Positions 12,520 through 25,463 of a stretch of 64,000 bases of DNA are shown here, piece by piece; position 1 is the first letter of the stretch, and the number at the start of each line of letters is the position of its first letter. The notes under the pieces were generated by a model. That model saw only the letters and a list, made by a program, of their open reading frames with translations. It made no database searches and was not told the origin of the DNA. The stretch is from Lama glama (lineage: Eukaryota): NCBI GenBank assembly GCA_028534125.1, contig CM052816.1, positions 744,001-808,000 on the forward strand, read 5' to 3'. The position numbers were made by a program, and so were the translations under genes.

Positions 12520-13560
12520 ATCAGAAGGTATTTGCAAACAATATATCCAATAAGGGCTTGATATCCAACATATAAAAAGAATTCACACAACTCAATATCA
12601 AAAATAACAAAAACAATTTAAAAATGGGTAGAGGACCTGAACAGACATTTGTCCAAAGAAGACATACAGATGGCCAGCAGGAACATGAACAACGCTCAAC
12701 GTCACTAATCATCAGGGAAATGCAAATCAAAACCAGAACGAAATACCACCTCATACCTGTCAGAATGGCTATTATCAAAAAGACAGAAACAGCAATTGTT
12801 GGTGAGGGTGTGGAGGAAAGGGAACCCTCGTGCACTGTCGGTGGGAATGTAAACTGGTGCAGCCACTGTGGAGGACAGTATGGAGAGTCCTCAAAAAACT
12901 AAAAACAGAGACACCATGCAATCCAGCAATTTCTCTTCTGGGTATCCATTCAAAGAAAACAAAAGACACTAATTTGAAAAGATATATGCACTCCTATGTT
13001 CATAGCAGCACTATTTACAACAGCCAAGGTATGGAAGCCACCTAAACATCCATCAACAGATGACTGGATAAAGAAGTTGTGGTGTATGTCTAGACCATGG
13101 AATACTACTCAGCCATAAAAAAGAATGAAATCTTGCCATTTGTGACAACATGGATGGACCTGGAGGGATTATGCTAAGTGAAATAAGTCAAACAGAGCAA
13201 GACAAATGCCATATTTCACTTCTATGTGGAATCTGAAAAACAAAACAAGAGTAGATTCATAGACACAGAGAAAAAAATGGTGGTTACAGGGCTAGTAAAA
13301 TAGGTGAGAGTGACTGAGGCACAAACTTCCGGTTACAAAATAAATAAATCATGGAATGTAATATTCAGAATAGAGAATGTAGTCGATAATAGTGTAATAA
13401 CTAAATGGTGACAGATGGTCACTGAATTTACTGTGGTGATTATTTCATAATGTATAAAAATATTAAATCACTATGTTGTACACCTGAAACTAACATGATA
13501 CTGTATGTCAAGCATAAGTTAATTTTAAAAATAAAAATTTTTTAAATGTTTAAAAAAGAA
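12520..13560 (+). mobile_element. L1 ORF2 C-terminus plus 3' UTR
   Basis: Track ORFs show ORF2 motifs [27 protein letters not shown] and [21 protein letters not shown] in different frames; A-rich end. Confidence 0.93.
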
Positions 13561-14020
13561 AAGTAAATAAACTATCATTGCACTGAACCTTGAGTTTTCT
13601 GTAAATAAGAGGGTTATTCAAGGTAAATATTTAAAACACACCACAGTTTCATAATCCTGCTTTGTCACTTCTTCTTTTCTTAAATGTACTGGAATTCTCA
13701 AACCGAAAAAAAAAAAAAAGAAAGTAAGAAAGAAAAAAAAATGGAAGTGGCCTGGAACTGCTGTCACAACACTTTTCCTGCCCACAATCTGGGCACTTCT
13801 CCTTTCCAGAACCTACTTCCAGCTGCATCTTATGCTGGGTGGGAGGGGTGGGGTCTCAACACTTCTTAGGCCTGATCTCTCCTCTCCGCTTCAGGACTCT
13901 AAGGAAAAGTGGCTGCCCGGCCTGGCCTGGCCTGGCCTGGTCTGCCGTCCACGAGAGCTGGCCTCATTGCTTAACTAGGGTGGACGAAGCCCCCCCTAAA
14001 CTTTGCTTCTGCTACTCTCT

Positions 14021-14038
14021 GCTGCCCTCTGCTGGTAG
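14021..14038 (-). promoter_or_regulatory. CTCF motif
   Basis: Minus strand CTACCAGCAGAGGGCAGC matches the CTCF core consensus. Confidence 0.65.
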
Positions 14039-14615
14039 TGAGTGTTAGCAGCAATCAACCTTCCACCCTTGTCCCCAGATTAAGGCAAGACTGAAAAGAA
14101 AAGCAAGGACCAGAGGAAAGTGCCAGTAGAGGACCAGAGAAAGGAGGAAGTTAGTCACTGAAGGAGAGACTATGTGAGGTGCTGAAATTTCCAGGGGAGA
14201 GACGAATGATGGGGATGTTGGGGAAAGATGTTGTTTTTCTAGATAAACAATATAGTTACTTGCAGGGTGTGAGGGAGGAATGGTTGGCTGAGACCCGTGC
14301 AAGACCAGGAAGCAGGAACCTCCCATCTCTGTAACCCAGAGCCCTACACTGCGGAACACTTCCCTTCATCGGGCTCCTCCTCTCCCTCCTCTCCATCCTC
14401 ACTTAGGGTGACCCCAATGCCCTTCTGTTCACCTCTTCTCAAAACCCTTTCCCAAGAAGGGCTCTTGTAAACCTGCAAGTCAAGTCTCTTTTAATTGTTT
14501 AGAGATAAAAAGATAGTAGAAATTATCCAGTGTATTATCCTTCCTTTATAAAAGGACACACAGAGACTCAGAAAGATCAGCTTGCTCAAGGTTTAACGCA
14601 CTGTCAAGTCTACAG

Positions 14616-15763
14616 CAGCAGTTCTCAAAAGAGATCACTCAAGGCCACTTCACACTCTCAAAAATAAGAACCCCAGAGAGCTTTTATGGGAGGGTCATAT
14701 CTACTGTATCAGAAATTAAAACACAGAAAATATGTTAAATAATCATGTATTTATTGAAAATAGCAATAATAAACATGTGAACCTACGGAACACATTTTTT
14801 ATAAAATTGTTAGAGCAAGCAGATAGCTAGGTGTGAGCAAAGAAAGGGGGACACAGGCCAAACGGCAGGAATTGGGCAGAAAGGAGGGGCACAGGCCAAA
14901 TGCAGGAAACCCTACATCATGTAAGCACCAGGGGTCCCTGGGCAGAGAAGGAAAAGCAGGAACTTTGGGGCTGATAAGCGATCACACCTTTTGGAGTGAT
15001 GGGCGGCCTGGAGACCAACAAAGAAAGGTGGAAAGAGGCAGGAATCTCCAGTGTCTGAATGTAACCTTTTGCTCATTATGACCTCATTTCAATAAAACTA
15101 GCCTTGCAGATTAGAAGTAGCCATCATGCACTGACGTCATGACACTTCTGATCCAGACTAAATAGGGACAAAAATCCCTCCTCCCTTCAGGAAGGTGGAA
15201 TTGGGATGCAAATCAGGGAATACGACCCCAAACCCTTCCCTCCCCAATGAATATTCCGCCCATTCATTTTTACTCTCTATGTAACCAACTTGCCAAAGAA
15301 ACAGGGCAGCTGCTCGCCTGAGCCTGCCCGCTCTCCCCTTGAGAGTGTGCTATCCATCCCTTAATAAACCTTTTTACTTTCTTAACTTCTGTATCTCCTC
15401 TCTCAATTCTTTCTGGGATGGGACAAGAACCTGGATACCGGTTACATCTACCGGCAACACAATGACTGTTTCTCAAAACAACAAAAAAAGAAATTCTAGT
15501 GAGAGAAGTAACATAGTTTTGCACTTTGCACGTCTCATTAATGTCTAATTTAGTAGAAATCTGGATTGTCATACCTACATCTGCATTCAGTCAGTTACAA
15601 TATCATACATCGTGTAGCCTGATGAAAATTCCGCTGTGCCCTTGTGCGAGTAAAAAAAAAATCGTGTCTCGATAGCATTATGAACATAGTTGTGACCTTA
15701 CAGATCCTCTTGAAAGGATTCCAGGGTTCCACAAGGTTTTCCTGACCACGTTTTTGAGAGCTG
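14616..15763. mobile_element. hAT-Charlie non-autonomous DNA transposon (MER119-like), split by an LTR
   Basis: Ends cagcagttctcaaa ... tttttgagagctg; internal gaccccagagagctttt-like and catctgcattcagtcagttacaatatc segments are collinear across the LTR. Confidence 0.7.
14808..15459 (+). mobile_element. ERV1 solo LTR (MER50/MER41-group-like)
   Basis: TGTTAGAG...GCAACA termini, aataaa near 15363, U5-like aattctttctgggatgggacaagaacc; flanks aaat/caat. Confidence 0.8.
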
Positions 15764-16249
15764 TAGGGGTCCATCTGGAGTCCAGATCTTCCATATCTCC
15801 ATCTGCTGCCTGGACATCCTATGACACTATTATACACTGTTATCTCTTATCTACTAAAAAACCAAAATTTCTGTTAGTGCTCTGTAGAAAAATCTGGAGA
15901 CTATATTAGGGATGTTGGAACTGTAAAAAGAGGTTGCGTGGCTCACTTTGAAAGGATGGTCAGTTTTCTCTTCACAGAAACTGAACCAAAATATTGAAAG
16001 ATACATACAGATGTTGCTGTGGGTGGTGAAAACAAATAGTGGTTTCCAGCATATTCACGTTGCTTGGAACTCCAGATGGGAGCTGTTCTTCGGCATCGAA
16101 TTGTTTTTCATATGGAAATTATATATGATACATTCTAGGGTGAAACACAGTCCTGCTGCCTTTAATTGAATGGTAGTCAGAGTGGTTTAGGTCATGCAGT
16201 TAAACCAACCAGTGAGTTAAGGACTTTTTATTTCTTTTCTTTTCTTTTT

Positions 16250-16490
<241 letters not shown>

Positions 16491-16989
16491 GTAAAGGATT
16501 TTTTTAAGTCTTTATCTCATTATTAGGAATCTGACAAAGTTTACTTACAGGGAAGAACTCTTCAGTCCTGGGACCTACAGAAGGAAGAGAGGGCTCTGTA
16601 AAGTCAGGTATCCACCGGTTTTCCTCTGCCTCTCCATAGCTCTCAGCTCTGCTCAGTTCTACTTGGCCCCACATTCTTCAACCTATGCCCTCTGCTCCGT
16701 GATCCCAAAGAAGGTCCCCTTTTCTCCAAGCTTAATCCAGACGTGCTGATTATGGTTGCAAAACTGCTAAACACACACAAATGCCTAGATCCTGTAGCAC
16801 ATCAGAAGATGAAGGGGCGGGGTGATGTGCGGTGGGCGAGGTGCCCAGCTAATTCCGGAACTCTGGACATGTTCCAATATTAAGAAATTGTGCGCTGTTT
16901 ATTTGCTACACTGAAGTGATTGTATAGAGATTTTGAATTTAACTACATGTAGTTTTTTAAATAAAATTGTTATTAATTAAAAAAAATAA

Positions 16990-17870
16990 ATGTTGCATCA
17001 TTGGTGGGACTGTAAATTTGTGCAGCCACTGTGGAAAACAATGTGAAGGTTCCTCCAAATATTACAAGTAGAACTGCCATATGATCTAGCAAATTGCACC
17101 TCTGGGTATATATCTGAAGGAAATGAAATCACCATGTCAAAGAGACATCTGCCTCCCTCCCCTAGTTCTTTGCAGCATTATTTACAATAGCCAAGACATG
17201 GAAGCAACCTAAGTGCCCATCAACAGATGACTGGATAAAGAAGTTGTGAGATTTATATATACACACACACACACACACATATTTAAGCCATAAAATATAA
17301 GATATCCTGCCATTTGTGACACATGGTTGGATATTACTCAGTGAATAAGCCAGACAGAAAAAGACAAAATTGTATGATATCACTTGTATGCAGAATTAAA
17401 AAAAAACAAACAAACACAAGGTCCTGGGTTCAAGCCCCAGTACCTCCATTAAAAATAAATAAACCTAATTAACCGACCCAAAAGTCAAAACAAAAAAAAA
17501 TAAAGTTATAAAAAAAATTTTTTTTTCAAGGCAGAGTCATAGAAAAAGACATCAGATTTGTGGCTACCAGAGGTGGAGTCTGGGAGAACTGAAGGAAGGT
17601 GGTCAAAGGTACAGATTTCCAGTTATAAGATAGGTAAGTATGTAATATACAACATGATGACTGTAGTCAACACTGCCATATGGCATGTTTGAAAGTTGCT
17701 CAGAGAGTAAATCCTAATTTTTTTCTTTTTGTAACTATATGAGATGAATATTAAATAAACTTATTGTGGGGATCATTTCCCAATATATCTAAGTCAAGTC
17801 TTTATGCTGTATGCCTTAAACATATACAGTGCTGTGTGTCAATTATATCTCAATAAAACCAAAAGAAAAC
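16990..17870 (+). mobile_element. L1 3' region with a 5'-truncated SINE fragment at about 17415-17510
   Basis: ggtgggactgtaaatttgtgcagccactgtggaaaac ... gtcaattatatctcaataaaac. Confidence 0.85.
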
Positions 17871-18399
17871 AAATAAGTTGGTTAATATCATTCACCATAT
17901 TAAAAGGACAAAAAAAAAATCACATGATCATTTCCATAAAGGCTGATGATATATTTAATAGAATTCAGCATCTTTATTAATTTTTAAAATATTTATCTAT
18001 TATTGCTTTTAAATACTCTTTAAAATAATAAAATAAGTGTGTACTTGAGCTCAGATTTGAACATACACACGCCTTTATTAACTGTTCTATTGTATCGCAC
18101 TGTTTTGGGCCCTTGTTGAATAAGCTGTTTATGATTAGCGATCCCTTGACCTTCCAGTAACATGAACATTTTAACAGGCACTCACCAATTTTCTCTAATT
18201 TCCTTTATTTCTAAATAGCAAGAGCACACTTAAAGTCCATCTTAACGCATGGTTGCTTCCTCATCTGCCTCTTCCACGGGTCAGAACCAAGCTTTGCAAA
18301 TAGTGAACACACCATCAATGTTGATTGGATTATACGCATTAATTAAAAAGCACTCAGTTTCTTTTTTTCTCAATGATTTCAAGGTGATCATCAGAAAAT

Positions 18400-19360
18400 C
18401 TTGTGCCAGGATCGTGCAGAACATTTTGCTAACATCACCCTATTTAACCCTCAGAACCATTTTTGTTCTGGATCGTGTATCTGATATCAAATGTGGGGGG
18501 GGTTTCCTCCACCCAACAACTGATTCTCCAATTCTCTGGACACTAACTGAGTGTCCTACGATTCAGTTTTGACACCATCTACCTGGAATTATTGTCAAAC
18601 TCACAAGTTAAGGGCTCAGTCTCACAAGACTGACCCCGCTGTAAATGCCAGTCGCTAGTCCAGGTTGTCCCAGGAACTTCGGACCAACTGGCTACAAATT
18701 CAAGCATTACCGTTGCCCATTCCCCAACTCAGTTTCAATAATTTGCTAGTATTTACTAGTTTATTACAAAGGATACAACACGGTAACAGCTGAAGAGAGA
18801 GCTAGGACAAGATATGGGGGAGGCAGGGACAGCTTCCATGCCCGCTCCAAGCACATCACCCTCCTAATACCCCACCACGTTCACCAACCTGTAAGCCTTC
18901 TGAATCCTGCCACTTGGGGGTTTTTACTTAGGATCCATCATATAGGCATGGATGATTATGATATTGGCTGTTGATGATTAGATTCAATCTCCAGTCCCTC
19001 TCCGTTCCTGGGAGATAGGGAGGTGGAGCTGAAATTTCCCACCGTCATGGTTGGTTCCTGTGCCAACCAGTCCCCAGCCTGAAGCTACTTCTTGAGTCAC
19101 CTCATTAGCATAAACTCAGGTATGGGTTCTGACTAAACAGAGATACTCAGCTGTATCACTCAGGAAATACTAAAAGGGTTTCAGAAGGTCTGTGTCAGGA
19201 ATGGGGGACAAAGATCAAATATATATCCTTATAGGGAATATATATATATATCTGAATCACTATGGTATACACCAGAAATTAACACATCGTCAACTGACTC
19301 AACTTCAATTTTTTAAAAAATAATAAAAATATATATATATTTCTTATTGTCAATATCCTC
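18400..19360. mobile_element. MER21-like LTR with an L1 tail inserted at about 19230-19325
   Basis: tctggacactaactgagtgtcctacgattcagttttgacaccatctacctgg...agttaagggctcagtctcacaagact...gagtcacctcattagcataaactcagg. Confidence 0.7.
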
Positions 19361-19657
19361 ATTCTATTGATGAGAGAACTGAAATTTAGATAATAATCAG
19401 AGCTTGCTTTATAGTGTCTGTTATGTGTAAGCAAGGATCCTGTGTATATTGTAGACGGTGTTCTAAATTACACTATAGTACACATCTAATCGCACATACT
19501 CTGTGTATAAGGTGCTATTCTATAATCTAGAAGTATTATGCATTATTACCTGTTATTACATTATGTAGCACATCTATTAAATGTTTTATTCCTACAAAAT
19601 CCCTACGTGGTGAGAACTAACTATTACTACTATTATTTGGCAAGTGAGGAGGTACAG

Positions 19658-20291
19658 TGAAAGGAAGACGGGAGGGAAGGAGGCAGGGCACAACCATTAA
19701 AAGAATGACACAGAAATTAGCACCAAAATGGCAGAAGATTCAACTCCCAGTAGACCTCAAGCCTCATTATATGCTCATTATAATACAACTGCAAGCTAAA
19801 TGGCCCTCCCACAGGCACCATGACAGTTTCAAGGTCGACTATAAAAGGTCAAAAAGTGGGTGGTGGCACAGTTCCTGGGGGTCCCAGCCTCTTCCCCAAA
19901 GTAGTTGGAATAATCCTCCCATTTGTTAGCATATGAAGCTACTGAGCCCATAAAAACTAACAGCCCCGTACCTGGTAGCAGATCCCATTTCACTAGCCAA
20001 CCCCTTGCTCTCAGTCTGCTGCTCTCCCTTCTCAGTAAGGTGGTCCTCATTCTGCCTGCGGAATGTTTATCTCCTACACCCCTCAGTCGCTCTCTCTGGC
20101 CTTCTGAGATGGCCCACACTCTGTCTTTGGAGTATGTGTCTCTCTGAATAATAACCTCCACTCTGCTATGGTTGGCTCTTGAATTCTTTCCTGTGTGTAG
20201 CTAAGGACCCTCATTTGGCAGGATACGTCCCAGGGACATGCCCAAGACCTGGGACATGGCCATCCTCTGACACCCCATTTTTCCTGTATCA
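19658..20291 (+). mobile_element. MER41-like ERV1 solo LTR
   Basis: TG...CA termini, flanks acag/aaag; ctcattatatgctcattataat...ctcccacaggcaccatgacagttt and gaataatcctcccatttgttagcatat align with the recalled MER41B consensus. Confidence 0.8.
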
Positions 20292-20719
20292 AAAGTACGT
20301 TAGTGCAGGAGATCCCACCATGGGAAGCGGCAGCTGAGATGCTAAATAAAGCTTTGCAGCCCCAAATCCTTTGCTGTCAACACTCCCTTAAACCGCCCTT
20401 CTCTGTGAGTCCCGGGCCTGAGTGTGGATCTGTCTCAAGGCTCTTGGTCACTAAGCTTCCCAGTCCATCAAAGAATCGTCTTCAATTTTATAATAGTCTC
20501 TCCATTCTTCAATTTAAAATGTTTATCCCCCAATCACTTATCAAAACATCAGCTTCAATTTCCTAGATTCTGTCTTGCATTTGACAAAAGATGCTATACA
20601 TCAAGTTAAAAGACAAATGATGAAGGATATATTTGTGAAAAGATTTTCATTTTATATAATAAATTCTTAACATCCAAAGTGTGTAAAGGGCTCTTAAAAA
20701 TAAAGATGCAAATAAGACA

Positions 20720-21750
20720 TTTTTTAGTTATCTGTTGCCATATATGTAAGAATCTGCTTAAAGCAATAAATAAATTTTGTGTGTGTCTGTGGCTCAGGGA
20801 TGTAGGAGTGGCTTAGTGAATGCTTCTGGCTCAGCGTCTCTCAGGAAGCTGCATCTGAGACTCAGACAGGAGCTTCAGAAGCTGAGGCTTGCCTAGAGGA
20901 TCCACTTCCAAGGTGGCACTCAGCCGCTGGCGAGTCTTCAGTTCTTGGCCACAAGGCCCTCCCCAAAGAAGTGCTCACGGTATAGATTTGGCTTCCCTAG
21001 AGCAAGTGCTGGGATAGAGGACAAGCACAAGCGGGTATCAACCAAAATAAAATGCACAGCCGAAAAGTTAAGACTTGTGTTTTATTTGGCAGACATTTCT
21101 GAAGACTTAAGCCCAGGGTGACAGCCTTTCAGATGGCTCAGAGGGGCTGCGCCAGAACGGCAAGGTAAAAGCCAGGATATATGAGTTTTCGCAGTAAAAA
21201 CCAGGTAGTCAGAACATCAAAAGATTACTGTTAATTAAAGAAAACCAGATATCTCAAGTTAAGGAATTTAGCACTTTTCTATGCTTGGGAAGGTGCAAAG
21301 ATCTGGGCTCATTTGAAATTATTCCTTTGATATGTACCTAGCTATCTAGGGCCAGTGTCCTGGTTCTTTCCCATCCTGAGTTCCTTCAGGGGCCACCACT
21401 AGGGGTGGCAGCAGAGGCCAGGCTGCCTGCTGGTCTGCATCCTGAGTTCCCTCTGCTCACTGAGGAAGGTGAGAATGGAGGGTGGCAGTGGCGGTAGCAG
21501 GTGATGACTTGATGGACACAGCGATCTTTGTTTACTAATATGGCTGGCAGTATTTTTCATTCACATGAGCAAGGGAGCTACCAGAATGAAAGCCACAGCC
21601 TTCGGGAGGTTAATCCTGGAAGGGATATACCATCCCTTCTGCCTTATGCCGTTGCTCTCACAAACCACCTCTGGTACAATGTGGGAGGAGGCCACACAGG
21701 ATATGAGGAGCAGAGAATGAAATAGGGGTCATCTTGGATGCTGGCTTTCA
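20720..21750. mobile_element. MLT1 (MaLR) LTR split by an ERV1-type solo LTR at 21036-21565
   Basis: MLT1 motifs tctggctcagcgtctctcaggaagctgca and gaggatccacttccaaggtggc resume after 21565; the insert is homologous to 32598-33106. Confidence 0.75.
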
Positions 21751-22916
21751 TGAACAGAGAAATGGTTATCCATACAGAAAGATGTTTTGTCTCCCCAGTG
21801 ATTGGGTAATGCAAATCATAACAATAAGAACCCATTTCTCAGCCATTAGAGTAGCAGAAAGTTTAAAAGCTTGATATTATGGATCATTGACCATAATGTA
21901 GGCAAGTGGGTGTGCTTACATCTTGTCCTGGAAGTGTGCATTGAAAGGGCAATTTGCAATAACCTCTACTTCTAGGTACCCCTCTTGAAGCATACTGACT
22001 AATGTTCATACAATTTATGTTCAAGGATGCTCAGGGAAGAATTGTTTGCTGTACAAAGAGAATAAAAGCAGAATGGTCATGAATAAAGAATCATTATTTC
22101 ATATTGTATCCATAGAGTACATAATAACACGGTACTAAATGAAGAATGCTCCATGACAAATATATGTATCTTATGACCCAATTTAAGAAAAATAATTTTT
22201 AAAAAAATCTTCTGTGCAGGTAATACACACACGTATACAAGTCAGTTGCAAAAGTACAGGAAACCCGCATGCCTTTATCACAGCTCAACCCTCAGGACTG
22301 TGAACAGAAACAGTCTGAATTAAAAGTATGCCCAAAAAACCCCTGAATATAGATAAGGGCAAATCTAGAAAGTTCCATACTCAATTATACAGAAGAATGG
22401 TATGATGAGGGAACATTCACATTTGAGTGTGTATTATATATAAAACAGCAAATACGTACTAAAGTTGTGTGGCTTATTTCTTTCCAACAACATTGCCACA
22501 ACCAACTGTAGACAAAAACCGTGAAACTGGCCAAAGTCAGTAAGACTGAGACCATCCTGGCCTTCAGAACCTCCTCTCTCTCCGCAGGCTTTTCAGTCCC
22601 AAATTTAATGCGAAGTTCGAAGTTCGAAGAGGTCTAGGGGGTCTGTGTGTGAGCGCGCCGCATTCAAGTGGACCCGTGCGGGCGTAGCAGGGAGTTCACG
22701 GTCCTGGCCGGTGCACAGGGACAAGGATGCCCCGGCGCCAGCCACGCACCTCCCTGTGAGTTGCTTCCCCATTTCCAGCAATACATATTTAAGGAGCCGG
22801 GTCAGCTCTGCGAAGGGAGTTTCGTGGTGACAACACTCCCCTAGTAATTTTCTAGCCCAGGGGCTGGACTCAAGATGATTTTGAATGTGGTTGCCTCCAA
22901 GCGCCCGAAGCATCTT

Positions 22917-22935
22917 CTCCGCCCTCTAGTGGTTA
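22917..22935 (-). promoter_or_regulatory. CTCF motif
   Basis: Minus strand TAACCACTAGAGGGCGGAG. Confidence 0.6.
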
Positions 22936-23664
22936 CAGCAAAGTGAAATCGATAGAAAAATTCACCTCCTTCTAAACTGGGAGTTGCAAGGAATAGATTT
23001 ACGACTCCTCTGGGAGGAAAATGCATGACCTTCCAGTTTGTATTTTAAAACGTCCAGAGCTTGTGGCTCTCCATGAATCATTTCAACTGCATGTGCATTT
23101 TCCAGCTGATCCGGTGTGGATGTGATGTCCCCGTACCACCGCGCAGCGTGAGACCTCGGTGGCCTGGAACCCTCACGGCACAGTGGATCGCGCCTTTGTC
23201 ATTCTGTATTTCCTGCCCACTCCTAGGACCTCTGGGTGCGCGTTCCCGGCGGGCTGTGGGCCACATGCCCTGCACCCCTCAGGACAACCTTTGACCATGA
23301 CAGCAAGGACGTCACTCCTCCGCCCAGGGGGGCGGCTCTCCGGTATCTCTCCCCCCAGAGAGGCGGCGCGCGGCAGGACACTTCAGAAAAATGTTTTTCT
23401 GCCTTTGAGCCAGCAATCAACTTTAATTCTGTAACAGTGCACGGCTGCTAATAAGCAATAGGAGCTGACATTGTGCAGGAAGTTCATAACTTCAAACGCC
23501 CCGCTCCACTACGGGGGATGCCCAGCTGCATCGTTGCCTTCCCATTTTTGGAGAGGGTGGAGAGGCGCGCCACCTCGCCAGTTTGAGCCGGTAGTGATGC
23601 TTCAGGCTTTATAGCCCCTCCTCGCCCGGGGAACTTGCCTTTTGTTCCAAATTAAAATACAATG

Positions 23665-23965
23665 TTTGCGGGTGAGGGGAGCGAAATGGATGAAGGCGGC
23701 CATAAAGTTCAGACTTCCAGTTTACTTCCAGGGATGTAAAGTACATCATGGTGACTGTAGTTAACAATACTCTGTTGTATATTTGAAAGGTGCTTAGAAA
23801 GAAGATCTTAAAAGTTCACGCACAACTGTAACTGTGTGGTGATGGATATAACTAAGATTAACTTAACTTACTTCACGATGTATACATATATCAAATCATT
23901 ATGTTTTATACCTAAAACTAATGCAATGTTATATGTCAATTATATCTCAATTGAAAAAAAAAATA
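23665..23965 (+). mobile_element. L1MA/MB 3' end
   Basis: atcatggtgactgtagttaacaatactctgttgtatatttgaaagg...atgtcaattatatctcaattgaaaaaa. Confidence 0.8.
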
Positions 23966-24019
23966 AAGAGTCCATGGGGTAATAACCAAAAAACTTTTAG
24001 TATGTATTCAAATCAGCTA

Positions 24020-24195
24020 AAGCAGTGGTCCTCAAACTTTTGCTGTGTTTCAGAAACTCAGCTGGGGAACTTAGGGAAAAAGAAGACTTCTTGGCTCTGC
24101 TTCCAGCAATTTTAGGACTAAGGAAGCCTTGGCTTTAAAGGAAAACCCAGATGGTTTTGCTGTAGGCTGGTTTCCACCTGCTCTCAGAAATACTG
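24020..24195. mobile_element. MER5-like hAT fragment
   Basis: cagtggtcctcaaacttttgctgtgtttcagaaactcagctggggaactt ... tcagaaatactg. Confidence 0.55.
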
Positions 24196-25445
24196 ACTGA
24201 CCGGCGGTACTAAAATGCAGATTGGAAAGGCTCCTGCCTAGTCCTTCCCATTTGGAAGTTTTGGAGGCAGCCAGGAATCAGGATTTTCATTATACTGTGA
24301 GAACTCACGATCTACAATTATAGTTACTGTCTTTCAGGCTTTTAAAAATTGAAAGCCAAAGGAATACATTTGACTTTGTATCTAGTCCATGGGTACTTAT
24401 GTGTATGTAAATATGCATGTATGTATAAAATGAGAACAAAATTCAGGGAACGATGCTTATTACCCCGACACAGCCTAATAAGAAAAAGCAGCCCCCTCTA
24501 AAATCAGACGTTTGTCACGTGTCCTAAAAAATAATGTAACAACAAAATATTCCTTTCATTTTCCTCCCTCAAGGTCCCGCTTATCTTTGTTGTTCCCAAC
24601 AAAGCCGGGACTCCCGGTCTCCTCTTTTAAATGCATATTTGGATCTCTTTTAAAATGCAAATCCCACCTTATCTATGGTTATTTAGGGTGGATTTCAAAA
24701 CATGTGCTTGAATAGCTTTTCAAACATAGATTGTGTGTTTACTTTTGAGGACTTCCCCAACAGATTGTAGATCCCCAAACCAAAAGTACTTGGGGGGGGG
24801 TCTCCTTTTGCTTTCTCAAAGAACCCATAAAATTGTGGAGATGGTAACTGTAGTGAAGTAACCAGTGGTTTCTTGTGGTGGATGCTCCCCTCCTTGCAGA
24901 CCTTGAGAAAACAAAAGCCCTATTTCATAAATACCAGTCTATGGGCTTATTTCCAAAAATTGGACCAACATGCTCTGACATCTAGTCTCCACGAATCTCT
25001 TTAAAAAAAATACTAGCACTGGTGTTGGCCACGTTGATTAAGCCATGCACAACTCACAGGGTGAAACACACCAGCCTAAGTCCTGTTAGAAAAGGAGGAT
25101 GTGTTGCGAGGTTCCAGGTTTAAAGGGTTCCCTGTTTTTGTTCTGCGTGGCATTCATTCAGCGGGCCCCCAGGAACTGGGCAGGCAGCAGTCCAGAGAAA
25201 CTGAACTCGCAGATCTTAAAAAAAAAAAAAAGGAAAGAAAGAAAGAAAGGAAGGAAGAGAGAAAGAAAGAGAGAGAGGAAGGAAGGAAGGCCCCCAGTAG
25301 GAAAGATGAGCGCAAAACGCACTGTGTATCAGCGATGTCTCTGGAAGGGGAAGGCGAGGGAAGGCTGCACTGCCCCCCAGTTCACAAAACTCGGTGAGGA
25401 ATAGTAGTTAAAAGGAGTAGAAGGAAGCTCAAGAGTCAGAGGCGA

Positions 25446-25463
25446 TTCGCCCTCTGGCGGTGG
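25446..25463 (-). promoter_or_regulatory. CTCF motif
   Basis: Minus strand CCACCGCCAGAGGGCGAA, with CpGs retained. Confidence 0.62.
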
